This document shows, in pieces, positions 37,618 to 46,969 of a DNA stretch of 64,000 nt. Each line of letters opens with the position of its first letter. The stretch's first letter is position 1. Position numbers and translations under genes: made by a program. The notes under the pieces are model-generated. The model did no database searches, was not told where the DNA came from, and worked only from the letters and a program-made list of their open reading frames with translations. Origin of the DNA: Anaerolineae bacterium (GTDB lineage: Bacteria > Chloroflexota > Anaerolineae > DRVO01); NCBI GenBank assembly GCA_040768685.1, contig JAXGMM010000003.1, positions 129,824 to 193,823 on the forward strand, in the 5' to 3' direction.

Positions 37618-38838
37618 TCAACGAGTGACGCCTGCCTCTTTGATGCTGCGTGCCCACACCGCGACGAACAGCAGGCCGGAGACAGCCATCGCCGCCGCAA
37701 TCAGCATCAGCCCCTTCTGCAGACCGGCCGTCTCCGCCACTCGGCCCACGATAGGCTGCATCAGGAAGGTCCCAGTCACGGCCACCGTGCTCAGGATCCC
37801 GGTGACGGCTCCGATCTGGCGGGGGAAGCGCCCGTTGACGTACACCATGACGTTGGGATAGATGCCCCCGGCGGCCAGCCCGGCTACTGTTGCCGCCGTG
37901 TATGCCTGAGCCGGCGTCGCCGCCACCGCGAATGCTCCGATTGCCACGGCTGAGATCAGGGCACTCGCCGTCACCACCGCCGGGATGCCGAAGCGCCCCA
38001 CCACCGCACCCTGGATCAGACGCGCCAGCAGCATCGCCGCCCAGAAGAGGGAGAGCGCCGTGCCTGCACCCAGGGCATCAAGGCCGAAGCGTTCCTGCAT
38101 GGAGAGGACCGACCAGGCGTTCATGCCCATCTCGCCCCCGACGTAGAAGAGCAACGCCAAGCCCCCCACCACGACCAGGAAGTGCCTGGCCAAGCGCCCG
38201 AGCGGGGTACGCTCCGCCTCCATCCGGCTACCCGGCGCCTCCGGCAGTTTCGAGGGCAGAGCGAGCACCAGCGTCAGCGCCGCCATGCCCACCACCACCA
38301 GGAAGCCCGCTCCCCACCCGGCGCCGGCCTTCAGCAGACCAGCCACCAGCAGTGGGGCGGCCAGGGCGCCGATGCCGAAGCCCATGTGGACCAGGTTCAT
38401 CATCCAGGCGCCGCCGCCTATCTGCGTGGGGAGCACGTTCAGGCCCGTCTCGATGAACCCGGAGGCGACACCGAAGAGGAAGTAGCAGGCGACCACCAAC
38501 CAGAAGGAAGGCGCTGCCACCAAGGCCACAAGCGAGCCCATCACCAGGGCCCATGCCCCCAACAGCGATGGCTTCAGACCCACGCGGTCGATGACGAAGC
38601 CGCCTGCCAGGCAGCCAACCATAAAGCCGAATGAGCCGGCCGCTAGGAGCACCCCCACCAGCGTCTCGCGGACGCCGTACTCCGCCATCACCTGGCCCAC
38701 GACCGGGCCCATCACCGTCTGGCCAAGCCCGTGGCCGGCCATTGCGAGCGTGGCCAACGCGGCCAGCCATCTCACCGAACCGAGGCCGGCTTTGCCGGCC
38801 CTCGCTGCTACCCCTCCGGTCTGCACCCGCGTCTCCAT
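37618..38838 (-). CDS. MFS transporter
   Basis: 406 aa with a 12-TM hydrophobic profile and Gly/Ala-rich helices. Confidence 0.75.
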   Translation of the reverse strand: METRVQTGGVAARAGKAGLGSVRWLAALATLAMAGHGLGQTVMGPVVGQVMAEYGVRETLVGVLLAAGSFGFMVGCLAGGFVIDRVGLKPSLLGAWALVMGSLVALVAAPSFWLVVACYFLFGVASGFIETGLNVLPTQIGGGAWMMNLVHMGFGIGALAAPLLVAGLLKAGAGWGAGFLVVVGMAALTLVLALPSKLPEAPGSRMEAERTPLGRLARHFLVVVGGLALLFYVGGEMGMNAWSVLSMQERFGLDALGAGTALSLFWAAMLLARLIQGAVVGRFGIPAVVTASALISAVAIGAFAVAATPAQAYTAATVAGLAAGGIYPNVMVYVNGRFPRQIGAVTGILSTVAVTGTFLMQPIVGRVAETAGLQKGLMLIAAAMAVSGLLFVAVWARSIKEAGVTR

Positions 38839-38851
38839 GGTGTGAATGCCC

Positions 38852-40759
38852 TCACTGAGGCGAGCGCCCGATCCCGCGCAGACGGCTGAAAGCCAGCCGC
38901 GGGCTGCCGTCCCCTTCCAGGAGAGCGTACCAGCGCATCGGCTGCGCCGCGTCGTACCACGCCACCGTGCTGAAGTCCAGATTGAAGACGAACACCCCCT
39001 CCAGCCAAGGCCAGTGTTGGGCCGCCTGGAGGATAAGCTGCTGGTAGTAGAAGGCCTGCTCCGCCTCCGTCACCGAGTACGCATCGTGCTCGCCCATCTG
39101 CCAGGGAGAGGCCAGCGGCCAACCAACCTCGGTGGCCCAAATGGGAGTGTCGCTGTCGCCGGCCGCCACCATCACCGCCCGCTGCGCCGCCAGGCGCGCC
39201 GTCGACAACCCCCATGGATGGTCGCGGAAGGGGGGCAATCCGAACCCATAGGGATGGGAACCGAGAGCGTCGAAGTAGCCCCTCGCGCCGGCCTCGTACA
39301 TGCCGCGGATGAAGTCCAGGTCCCCCATGGCGCCGTCGCCGCCGTCGCCCGTGGTGGCGACCCCGCCCGTGATGACCAGCGCCCCGGGGTCCTGCGCCTT
39401 GATGGCCTCGTACGCCACCTTGAGCATCTCGACGTACCCGGCCGGATTGGGGTCCAACCCGCCCCAGTCATAATACAGGTTGGGCTCGTTGCCGATCTCG
39501 TAGGCCGCCACCCGCCCGCGGTAGCGCCCTGCCACCTCCGTCACGAAGCGGCGATAGTCCTCCAGGTCCAGCGGGGGGTGGGTGACCGTAGCGCCCGGCG
39601 GCCGCGCCCACTCCGGGGTATCGTGCAGGCGCATGAGCACCTGTAGGCCGGCGGTCTCGCCCGCCTTCACCACGTTGTCGGCGTCCTCCCAGCGGAACTG
39701 GCCGGGCTCCGGCTCGGTGCCCGCCCACGACAGGTAGTTCTTCAGCCAACCGAAGCCAAGTTGGTTGAGGAGATGGGCATTGCTCAGGTCGGCGATGTTC
39801 GTGCCGAGCACGGCCGGCACCCGCTTAGGGGCCGGCTGACGCTCACGGCCGGAGTAGCCCGCGGCCGGCAGGCTGCCGCCCTCCGCCGAGGGGCAGTCGG
39901 CCCACCCGAAGCCCTGAACGAGAATCGTCGCCTCTCGCGTAGTCAGCGAGAGCGAAACGACGTCGGCTCCCACGTCGGTGGCCCGGCTCAGAAGGATGCT
40001 GTCGCTGACCCAAGCAAGGTTGCGGATCGCCGCCCGCGCCTCCCAGATCCACTCGACGCCGCTCCCCTCGCGGGAGACGGTGTACACCCCCGGCCGGTCG
40101 TCGTCATGCCAGCCGGCGAAGGCCAGCCTGACTCCGTCCGGCGACCACGCCGGGAATCGGCCCTTGAGCGGCCAGCCGGTGACCTGGGTCTCAATGCCGC
40201 TGGCCAAATCGAGCACGTACACCTGCTCGACCCCGCCGCGCACCGCTGAGTAGGCGATGCCGGCGCCGTCGGGCGACCACTTCGGCGTGCGGTAGATCTC
40301 GCCAGGCGCGGCGGTGGTCAGCCTGGTCACCGTACCCCGCGCCCACTCCAGCAGGTAGAGATCGCGCCCGCCGTCCCGCTCCGACACGAACACCAAGCGC
40401 CGTCCATCCGGCGCCCAGTCGGGCTCGTAGTCGGCGGCGGGGTGGTTGGTGACATTCAGCACGTTGCCCACCGGCACGGCCATCAGGTAGATCTCGGAGT
40501 TGCCGTCGCGCCGGCTCACGAACGCCAGCCGTGTGCCGTCCGCGGACATGGTCGGAGACCAGTCGGGCTCGCGGTTGGCGGTCAGGTTGGTCAGGGAACC
40601 GTCGGGCGCGAGACGGTAGAGGTCCCCGTCGCCATCGGCGTCGGAAGCGAACAGGATGGAGCCTGGCGGCACGGCTAAAGTCCCCGCCGACGCTCCGCCC
40701 CGGGGCAATGCCAGCGCCAAAGCCGCGGCTAGGCAGAGAGCGATCGCGGGTGAGCGCAT
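38852..40759 (-). CDS. secreted fusion protein: TolB-like beta-propeller (PD40/WD40-like repeats) + glycoside hydrolase family 5-like catalytic domain
   Basis: Signal peptide MRSPAIALCLAAALALALP. Repeated DWSPDG / EPDWAPDGRRLVF / SPDGAGIAYS (PD40 repeats). C-terminal (beta/alpha)8 domain with acid/base YEIGNEPN and nucleophile-like IWATEVGW (the GH5 NEP and TE motifs). Confidence 0.65.
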   Translation of the reverse strand: MRSPAIALCLAAALALALPRGGASAGTLAVPPGSILFASDADGDGDLYRLAPDGSLTNLTANREPDWSPTMSADGTRLAFVSRRDGNSEIYLMAVPVGNVLNVTNHPAADYEPDWAPDGRRLVFVSERDGGRDLYLLEWARGTVTRLTTAAPGEIYRTPKWSPDGAGIAYSAVRGGVEQVYVLDLASGIETQVTGWPLKGRFPAWSPDGVRLAFAGWHDDDRPGVYTVSREGSGVEWIWEARAAIRNLAWVSDSILLSRATDVGADVVSLSLTTREATILVQGFGWADCPSAEGGSLPAAGYSGRERQPAPKRVPAVLGTNIADLSNAHLLNQLGFGWLKNYLSWAGTEPEPGQFRWEDADNVVKAGETAGLQVLMRLHDTPEWARPPGATVTHPPLDLEDYRRFVTEVAGRYRGRVAAYEIGNEPNLYYDWGGLDPNPAGYVEMLKVAYEAIKAQDPGALVITGGVATTGDGGDGAMGDLDFIRGMYEAGARGYFDALGSHPYGFGLPPFRDHPWGLSTARLAAQRAVMVAAGDSDTPIWATEVGWPLASPWQMGEHDAYSVTEAEQAFYYQQLILQAAQHWPWLEGVFVFNLDFSTVAWYDAAQPMRWYALLEGDGSPRLAFSRLRGIGRSPQ

Positions 40760-42163
40760 CTACTCCCGGCCCATGATGCCGCCGCGCGCCATCGCCCGCA
40801 GGTCCAGCGCGGCCGCCAATTCCTCGGCCGACATCAGGCGGCGCTCCAAAACCACCTCTCGCAGACCGCGGCCGCTGCGTAGGGCCTCAAAGGCCACCTT
40901 GGCGGCCTCGCGGTAGCCGATGTAAGGGTTGAGGGCGGTGACTATGGACAGGCTACGCTCGCCCCAGTAGCGGCACCGATCCTCATCCGCCTCGATGCCG
41001 CGGACGCACTTGTCGGTGAACACGCGGATGGCGTTGCCCAGCACCTCGATGGACTGGCAAAGGTTGTAGGCCATGATGGGCATCATGACGTTGAGCTCCA
41101 GTTGGCCTGCCTGGGTGCTCATGGCTATGCATGTGTCATTGCCGATCACGTGGAAGCACACCATGGTGAGCATCTCCGGCATCACCGGGTTGACCTTCCC
41201 GGGCATGATGCTGGAGCCCGGCTGCACCGCCGGCAACCGGATCTCCGCCAGGCCGGTCATGGGCCCGGACGCCAACAGCCGCAGGTCGTTGGCGATGCGG
41301 ATGAGGGTCAGGGCGAGGGTGCGCAGGGCGCCGGAATAGGCGGCGATATCGGCTTGGCTCTGCATGGCCTCGAAGAGGTTGTCCATGGAACGCAGATGCA
41401 GCCCGGTGATGCTCTCCAGTTCGAGGATCATGCGGGCACGGTACTCCGGATGAGCGTTGAGGCCGGTGCCCACGGCCGTGCCGCCGATTCCGAGGCGCGC
41501 CAGGGAGTCGGCTGCCTCATTGAGCCGGTCCAGGTCATGGCCCAAAGCGTCGGCGTAGGCGCCAAACTCCTGTCCCAGGGTGACCGGCACGGCATCCTGG
41601 AGATGAGTGCGTCCGCTCTTGACCACATCCTGGAAGAGGATCGACTTGAGACGGAAGGCGCCCTCACAGCTCGACAGCGCCTCCGCGAGCCCAGCGTGGA
41701 GCGACAGCGCCGCCAGCCGCATCGCCGTGGGAATCACGTCATTGGTGGACTGACCCATGTTGACGTGGTCGTTGGGGTTGACCGGGCCCGGCTGGCCGCG
41801 GCGCTTTCCGAGGAGCTCGTTCGCTCGGGTCGCGATGACCTCGTTGGCATTCATGTTGTGTGAGGTCCCCGCCCCCGCCTGGAACACGTCCACCACGAAC
41901 TGGTCGTCGAAGCGCCCGTCCACCATCTCCTGAGCCGCCTGAACGAGTGACGGCGCCATGTCGGCCGGGAGCATCCCTAGGCTTTCATGCACTCGGGCTG
42001 CGGCCAGCTTCACCCAGGCGGTGGCGCGGATAAAGGCGAGAGAGGGGCGCACTCCGCTGATGGGGAAGTTCTCGACCGCGCGCTGCGTCTGGGCGGCATA
42101 GTACGCTTCAGCCGGAACCCGCACCTCGCCCATGGAGTCGGACTCCACTCGCCAGTCGTCCAT
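40760..42163 (-). CDS. aspA: aspartate ammonia-lyase (aspartase; fumarase/aspartase family)
   Basis: Family signature GSSIMPGKVNPVMPE. The VxPE variant is the aspartase type, against TQCE in fumarase C. Start at MDDWRVESDSMGEV with RBS AAGGAAGGAGGG. The track ORF has 51 extra codons. Confidence 0.8.
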   Translation of the reverse strand: MDDWRVESDSMGEVRVPAEAYYAAQTQRAVENFPISGVRPSLAFIRATAWVKLAAARVHESLGMLPADMAPSLVQAAQEMVDGRFDDQFVVDVFQAGAGTSHNMNANEVIATRANELLGKRRGQPGPVNPNDHVNMGQSTNDVIPTAMRLAALSLHAGLAEALSSCEGAFRLKSILFQDVVKSGRTHLQDAVPVTLGQEFGAYADALGHDLDRLNEAADSLARLGIGGTAVGTGLNAHPEYRARMILELESITGLHLRSMDNLFEAMQSQADIAAYSGALRTLALTLIRIANDLRLLASGPMTGLAEIRLPAVQPGSSIMPGKVNPVMPEMLTMVCFHVIGNDTCIAMSTQAGQLELNVMMPIMAYNLCQSIEVLGNAIRVFTDKCVRGIEADEDRCRYWGERSLSIVTALNPYIGYREAAKVAFEALRSGRGLREVVLERRLMSAEELAAALDLRAMARGGIMGRE

Positions 42164-42206
42164 CCCAGCCCTCCTTCCTTGTTCCGGCCGCGCCTGCAAG
42201 AAAGTG

Positions 42207-42235
42207 ATTCTAGCCCGCGACAGGAGGACCGACAA
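42207..42235 (-). promoter_or_regulatory. sigma70 promoter for aspA (TTGTCG - 17 nt - TAGAAT)
   Basis: Read on the minus strand: TTGTCGgtcctcctgtcgcgggcTAGAAT, about 40 nt upstream of the aspA RBS. Confidence 0.45.
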
Positions 42236-42316
42236 CCTCAGGCGCACGACTTCGGCCTTTGCCTCGCCATCGGCGGCCCAATAGAATAGGCGCACATCCG
42301 CACTAGAAGGTCGCAA

Positions 42317-42643
42317 TTGGCCAAGAACCGCAGCACCAGTGGTCAGAGAAGCATCAGCCGGGCTCGAGCTACCCGTCGGCCGGTTGCGGCAGCCGTAGCG
42401 CCGCCCAGAAAGAGAGGACGCCTCTCACCCGGGGTGGAGCGCTGGCTTCGCACCAGCAAGATACCGATCTTCATCGCCGCCGTGGTGCTTGTCGCCATCC
42501 TGGTGGCCATGTACTTCCGGCTGACCGATCCCACCGCCGGAGCCGCTCCTCTGCCGTCAGCGACCTCGCTTCGCCTTCCGCACCTCGGGACGGTGTCGTC
42601 GTTCGCGCAGACGGACCTGGGGCCCCGAACCATCGTCATCTAG
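42317..42643 (+). CDS. hypothetical small protein with basic N-terminus and one TM helix
   Basis: MAKNRSTSGQRSISRARATRRP... is followed by IPIFIAAVVLVAILVAMYF. No family recognized. Confidence 0.3.
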   Translation: MAKNRSTSGQRSISRARATRRPVAAAVAPPRKRGRLSPGVERWLRTSKIPIFIAAVVLVAILVAMYFRLTDPTAGAAPLPSATSLRLPHLGTVSSFAQTDLGPRTIVI

Positions 42644-42670
42644 TCGGGCCGGGACGCCAGGAGGCACAGG

Positions 42671-43261
42671 ATGTCTACCAGCCGGGAGAACACGGAGGTC
42701 GCTACTCGGCGCGTCGTGACCCGGCGCCAGCAGGCTTTACGCCTGACCGGCGTGGTGATCTTCACCCTCGCGGTCAGCCTTCTTGCAGTCAAGTTCCGGC
42801 ACCAACTTAGGAACATCCAGGAGTTGGGCTACCCCGGCATCTTCCTGGTAACCCTCCTCTCGAGCGCCACCGTGGTGTTGCCGGCGCCCGGGCTTGCCTT
42901 CACCTTCGCGATGGGATCCGTGCTTAACCCAGTGCTTGTCGGGTTGGTCGCCGGAGCCGGGGAGACCCTCGGCGAACTCACCGGCTACGTCGCTGGGAGG
43001 GCCGGCCGCTCTGCCTTCGGCCAGGACCCACGCTACGAGCGACTCGAGAGTATCACCAGGCGCTATGGCGCCTTGGCTGTCCTGGTGTTGTCGAGCGTGC
43101 CGACCGGCGTCTTCGACGTGATTGGCATCGCGGCCGGCGCCATGCGCATGCCGGTGCTGCGCTTCGTCGGCGCAGTCTGGGTGGGAAAGACCTTGAAGGC
43201 CATCGCCTTCGCCTACGCCGGGGCCCACTCCATTACCTGGCTGACTGAGTTCATCGGATAG
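42671..43261 (+). CDS. DedA / SNARE-associated (VTT-domain, TVP38/TMEM64-like) membrane protein
   Basis: VTT-domain-like core VVLPAPGLAFTFAMGSVLNP...GELTGYVAGRAGR with flanking TM helices. Confidence 0.7.
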   Translation: MSTSRENTEVATRRVVTRRQQALRLTGVVIFTLAVSLLAVKFRHQLRNIQELGYPGIFLVTLLSSATVVLPAPGLAFTFAMGSVLNPVLVGLVAGAGETLGELTGYVAGRAGRSAFGQDPRYERLESITRRYGALAVLVLSSVPTGVFDVIGIAAGAMRMPVLRFVGAVWVGKTLKAIAFAYAGAHSITWLTEFIG

Positions 43262-43360
43262 CCCGCCGCTCAGTTCCTCAGCTCGGCGCTACCGTTGACA
43301 CCCCTCCTGCCTGTGACTAGAATCCGGCCACCTCAGGTCGGCAGCCGGTTCGGAGGGCCC

Positions 43361-44674
43361 ATGTCCATCACTAAGCAGTTGCTGCAGGACGAGTTGATCC
43401 AGCGGCAGGAGCAGGGCGCGGACGTCGGTTCCCTGGAAGCGGCGGTCACGGCCGTAGACCCCGACGACTTCCGGGCCATTGAGACGCTGTTCGCTCGCGT
43501 GGAAGCTCTGCCGGGCGACGCGGCGCGCGATGCCTCCGAGCCCTCGGAACTGGACTCCATCCGCGCCTTGAGGCCGGAAGGGCCCCGCGAATGCCCGCGC
43601 TCGTGGGCCAGCGCCGACCTGCTGGATCGGCTACAAGGGGCCTGGCTGGGCCGTTCCGCGGGCTGCCTGCTCGGAAAGCCTTGCGAGGGATGGCGCCGCG
43701 ACGAGATTCGCGACTACTTGGCGCCCGCGGGCGCCTACCCACTCGATGGCTACTTCCCCCGTATCCTGCCCGAGCCGGCATCCGGCCGTTCCGTGAGCGG
43801 CAGGCCGGCGTCCTGGCTTCGCGGAGGAGTCACCGCCGCTCCTCGCGACGACGATACCGACTACACCGTCCTTGGCCTGTACCTCCTTGAGACTCACGGG
43901 CCCGCCTTCACCACTGAGGACGTCGCCGCGGCCTGGCTCTCGCGCCTGCCCTACTGGCAGGTCTACACGGCCGAGCGAGTCGCCTATGCCAACCTCGTCA
44001 ACGGCTTGCAGCCGCCGGACACCGCGACGTACCGCAACCCCTATCGCGAATGGATCGGCGCCCAGATCCGCGCGGACATGTGGGGCTACGTCTGCCCCGG
44101 ACGCCCGGAGCAGGCCGCTGCCCTCGCCTACCGCGACGCCCGCCTGTCCCACGTGCGCAACGGAATCTACGGCGAGATGTGGGCGGCCGCCTGCATCGCC
44201 GCCTCCTTCGTGGAAAGCGACGCCCACGCCGTCCTTGAAGCCGGGCTGAGGGAGATCCCGCGTGACAGCCGCCTGGCGCAGGCCCTCCGCCGGACCATGT
44301 ACTGGTGCGACGAAGACGCGGACTGGGAGACAACCTGGCAGCGGGTGAACGCCGCCTACGGTCACTACCACATGGTCCACACCATCAACAACGCTGCCTG
44401 CGTCGCCCTCGCCTTGCTTCACGCCCGCGGCGACTTCGAGCGGGCCATCAGCATCGCCGTCATGTGCGGCTGGGACACGGACTGCAATGGGGCCACGGTC
44501 GGGTCGATCGTCGGGGCCATGCTTGGGGCCCGGGCCTTGCCCGACAAGTGGGTTGCGCCACTGAACGACACCCTCCACGGTGCCGTGCAGGGCTTCGAAA
44601 CCAGCCGTATCTCCGACCTGGCCGGGCGCACCTTGGCCCAGGCCGAGCGCGTGCTCAGCGGCGCCCAGCCTTGA
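43361..44674 (+). CDS. ADP-ribosylglycohydrolase-family protein
   Basis: LQGAWLGRSAGCLLGKPCEG (N-terminal metal-site region). Asp-rich metal ligands PRDDDTDYTV. C-terminal MCGWDTDCNGATVGSIVGA. Start at MSITKQLL with RBS GGAGGG. Confidence 0.75.
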   Translation: MSITKQLLQDELIQRQEQGADVGSLEAAVTAVDPDDFRAIETLFARVEALPGDAARDASEPSELDSIRALRPEGPRECPRSWASADLLDRLQGAWLGRSAGCLLGKPCEGWRRDEIRDYLAPAGAYPLDGYFPRILPEPASGRSVSGRPASWLRGGVTAAPRDDDTDYTVLGLYLLETHGPAFTTEDVAAAWLSRLPYWQVYTAERVAYANLVNGLQPPDTATYRNPYREWIGAQIRADMWGYVCPGRPEQAAALAYRDARLSHVRNGIYGEMWAAACIAASFVESDAHAVLEAGLREIPRDSRLAQALRRTMYWCDEDADWETTWQRVNAAYGHYHMVHTINNAACVALALLHARGDFERAISIAVMCGWDTDCNGATVGSIVGAMLGARALPDKWVAPLNDTLHGAVQGFETSRISDLAGRTLAQAERVLSGAQP

Positions 44675-45606
44675 GTGAGGCCCTCGTCGTCGGCAGCATC
44701 AACATGGACTTGGTCATGCGGACGGAACGTCTGCCACAACCAGGCGAGACGGTGGTCGGCGGCGCCTTCACGGTGGTTCCGGGCGGCAAGGGCGCCAACC
44801 AGGCGGCCGCGGTGTCGCGCCTCGGCCATCCCACTGCGCTGATCGGCGCCGTCGGCAGCGACGACTTCGGCCTCGCTGCCCTGGAGAACCTCCGTGGCCA
44901 GGGAGTGCACACGGCGACAGTGCGCCGCGTGCCCGAGAGCGCCACCGGCGTCGCCATGATCCTGGTGGATGCCGGGGGAGAGAACACCATCGTAGTGGCC
45001 TCCGGCGCCAACCACTGCCTCACACCCGACGACCTGACGGCGGACCCGAGCCCCTTCGCGCCGGCTAAAGTGGTGGGGCTCCAGTGCGAGATACCACTGC
45101 CGGTAGTGACCGCCGCCATCGCCATGGGCCGCGCCGTCGGCGCCGCAACTGTCCTCAATGCCGCCCCCGCCCTTCCGGACCTGCCTGTCGAGGCGTACCA
45201 GGTCGACTACCTGGTGGTCAACGAGCAGGAAGCGGAGTGGCTGTCGGGGACGCGCCCGGCGGACGTGGACTCCGCCTTGACCGCCGCTCGCGTCCTGCTC
45301 AAGCGCGGCTCGGGTTGCGTCATCGTCACGCTGGGAGCGCTGGGCTGCGTCTACGCCACCGCCGCTGAGTCGGGGCATGTGCCCGCGCCGTCCGTGCCGG
45401 TGGTGGACACGACGGCTGCCGGAGACGCCTTCATCGGCGGCCTGATGGCGGCCATCCTGGACGACCTCCCCTTGCGGCAGGCTCTCGTCTTCGCCAACTG
45501 CTCCGGGGCCCTGGCCGTCACGAAGCTGGGGGCTCAGACATCGCTTCCGGACCGCCGTGCCGTGGCTGACCTCGTCGGCCGCTTCGGCCCGACACTCGCC
45601 GACTGA
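44671..45606 (+). CDS. rbsK: ribokinase
   Basis: ALVVGSINMDLV...PGGKGANQAAA (ribokinase N-terminal motifs). C-terminal DTTAAGDAFIGGL (PfkB signature with GAGD-like AAGD). The TTG start overlaps the upstream stop (ccTTGAgtg). Confidence 0.8.
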   Translation: MSEALVVGSINMDLVMRTERLPQPGETVVGGAFTVVPGGKGANQAAAVSRLGHPTALIGAVGSDDFGLAALENLRGQGVHTATVRRVPESATGVAMILVDAGGENTIVVASGANHCLTPDDLTADPSPFAPAKVVGLQCEIPLPVVTAAIAMGRAVGAATVLNAAPALPDLPVEAYQVDYLVVNEQEAEWLSGTRPADVDSALTAARVLLKRGSGCVIVTLGALGCVYATAAESGHVPAPSVPVVDTTAAGDAFIGGLMAAILDDLPLRQALVFANCSGALAVTKLGAQTSLPDRRAVADLVGRFGPTLAD

Positions 45607-45635
45607 TCGGCAATGCCTACCGAGGAGTGCGACAC

Positions 45636-46538
45636 ATGAAGATCGGTTTCCTTACCGCCTGCCTGAGAGGGGTGCCCCTGGAGGACATCGTCCGCTGGTC
45701 CGGCGCGAACGGCTTCCAGACGCTGGAACTGACCGCCACCACCATCGCTCCCGGCCGCCCGGCCGAGAACGTGTTGGACGTCGAGAACTTGACGCAGGCC
45801 AAGGCCGACGCGCTTCTGGCGCTCTGCGCCGACAGCGGCATCGAGATCTCCTGCCTCACCTGCTGCGAGAACAACCTGGCCGCCGATCCAGCGGACCGAG
45901 AGCGCATCCAGGCGCACCTTCGCCATGTCATCGACGCCGCCCACCTGTTGGGCGTGCGCGAGGTCAGCACCTTCGTGGGCCGCAACCACCTCACCACCCT
46001 GCAGGAGAACGTCGAGGAGGCGGGATCCGTCTTCCCCTCCATCCTCGGCTACGCCGCCGATCGCGACGTCCGCATCGGCATCGAGAACTGGCCCGGCTTC
46101 GGCTGGCAGGTCGAGGGCATGATCGGCAACATCTTCATGTCCCCCGTCGTCTGGGAGCAGCTGTTCGATGCTCTGCCGGTGGACAACTTCGGCCTCAACT
46201 TCGACCCCAGCCATCTCTACATGATGGGCATCGACTACATCCAGGCGGCCAAGGACTTCAGCGAGCGCATCTTCCACGTCCACACCAAGGACACCGAGAT
46301 CCTCGACGACGTGGTAGCGCGCGCCGGCATGTTCATGCCCCGCCAGCGCTTCTTCCGCTATCGCATCCCGGGTATGGGCGATGTGGACTGGCCTCGCTTC
46401 ATCTCCACGCTTTCCGAGTATGGGTATGACGGTCCACTGAGCACCGAGCACGAGGACCCGGTTTGGAGCGGGACCGAGGACAAGGTGAAGCAGGGGCTGC
46501 TGTTAGCGAAGAAGTACCTTTCCACATACGTTGCCTAA
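45636..46538 (+). CDS. sugar phosphate isomerase/epimerase (xylose isomerase-like TIM barrel)
   Basis: MKIGFLTACL with GFQTLEL; later IGIENWPG and HVHTKD are metal-binding motifs typical of AP endonuclease 2 / xylose isomerase-like TIM barrels. RBS GAGGAG. Confidence 0.75.
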   Translation: MKIGFLTACLRGVPLEDIVRWSGANGFQTLELTATTIAPGRPAENVLDVENLTQAKADALLALCADSGIEISCLTCCENNLAADPADRERIQAHLRHVIDAAHLLGVREVSTFVGRNHLTTLQENVEEAGSVFPSILGYAADRDVRIGIENWPGFGWQVEGMIGNIFMSPVVWEQLFDALPVDNFGLNFDPSHLYMMGIDYIQAAKDFSERIFHVHTKDTEILDDVVARAGMFMPRQRFFRYRIPGMGDVDWPRFISTLSEYGYDGPLSTEHEDPVWSGTEDKVKQGLLLAKKYLSTYVA

Positions 46539-46548
46539 GGAGAGAGGA

Positions 46549-46938
46549 ATGGCCATCCTCAAGTCGCATCACATCGCCGTTGCCACCCCCGACATCAAGC
46601 GCTTGGTGGACTTCTACACCAAGGTGCTCGGCTTCCCCACCGATGGCTTCCTCGGGGACAACATTGTCTTCGTGGACATTGGCGGCACCCGGTTGGAGTT
46701 CATCAACAAACCGGACGCCACCCAGGCCCAGGCCGAGGGCTGCAAGGGCATGCTGCACATCGCCTTCGAAGTCGACGACGTAGTCAAGACCTGTGAGGAC
46801 TTCAGAGCTAAGGGCATCGAGTTCTACGCGCCCGCCCGTGAGGCACGCCCGGGGCTGTGGAACGCCTTCTTCCGCGATCCCGACGGTAACATCCTGGAGT
46901 TCTTCCAGGCCACGCCCGAGGCCATGGGACTGGCCTAA
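46549..46938 (+). CDS. VOC-family protein (glyoxalase / bleomycin resistance / extradiol dioxygenase fold)
   Basis: LKSHHIAVATPDIKRLVDFYTKVLGF (beta-alpha-beta-beta-beta module 1 with His). Second module HIAFEVDDVVK...DPDGNILEF. RBS AAGGAGAGAGG. Confidence 0.7.
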   Translation: MAILKSHHIAVATPDIKRLVDFYTKVLGFPTDGFLGDNIVFVDIGGTRLEFINKPDATQAQAEGCKGMLHIAFEVDDVVKTCEDFRAKGIEFYAPAREARPGLWNAFFRDPDGNILEFFQATPEAMGLA

Positions 46939-46969
46939 CTCCGCCACTAACTAGAAGGGGACGCCTAAC

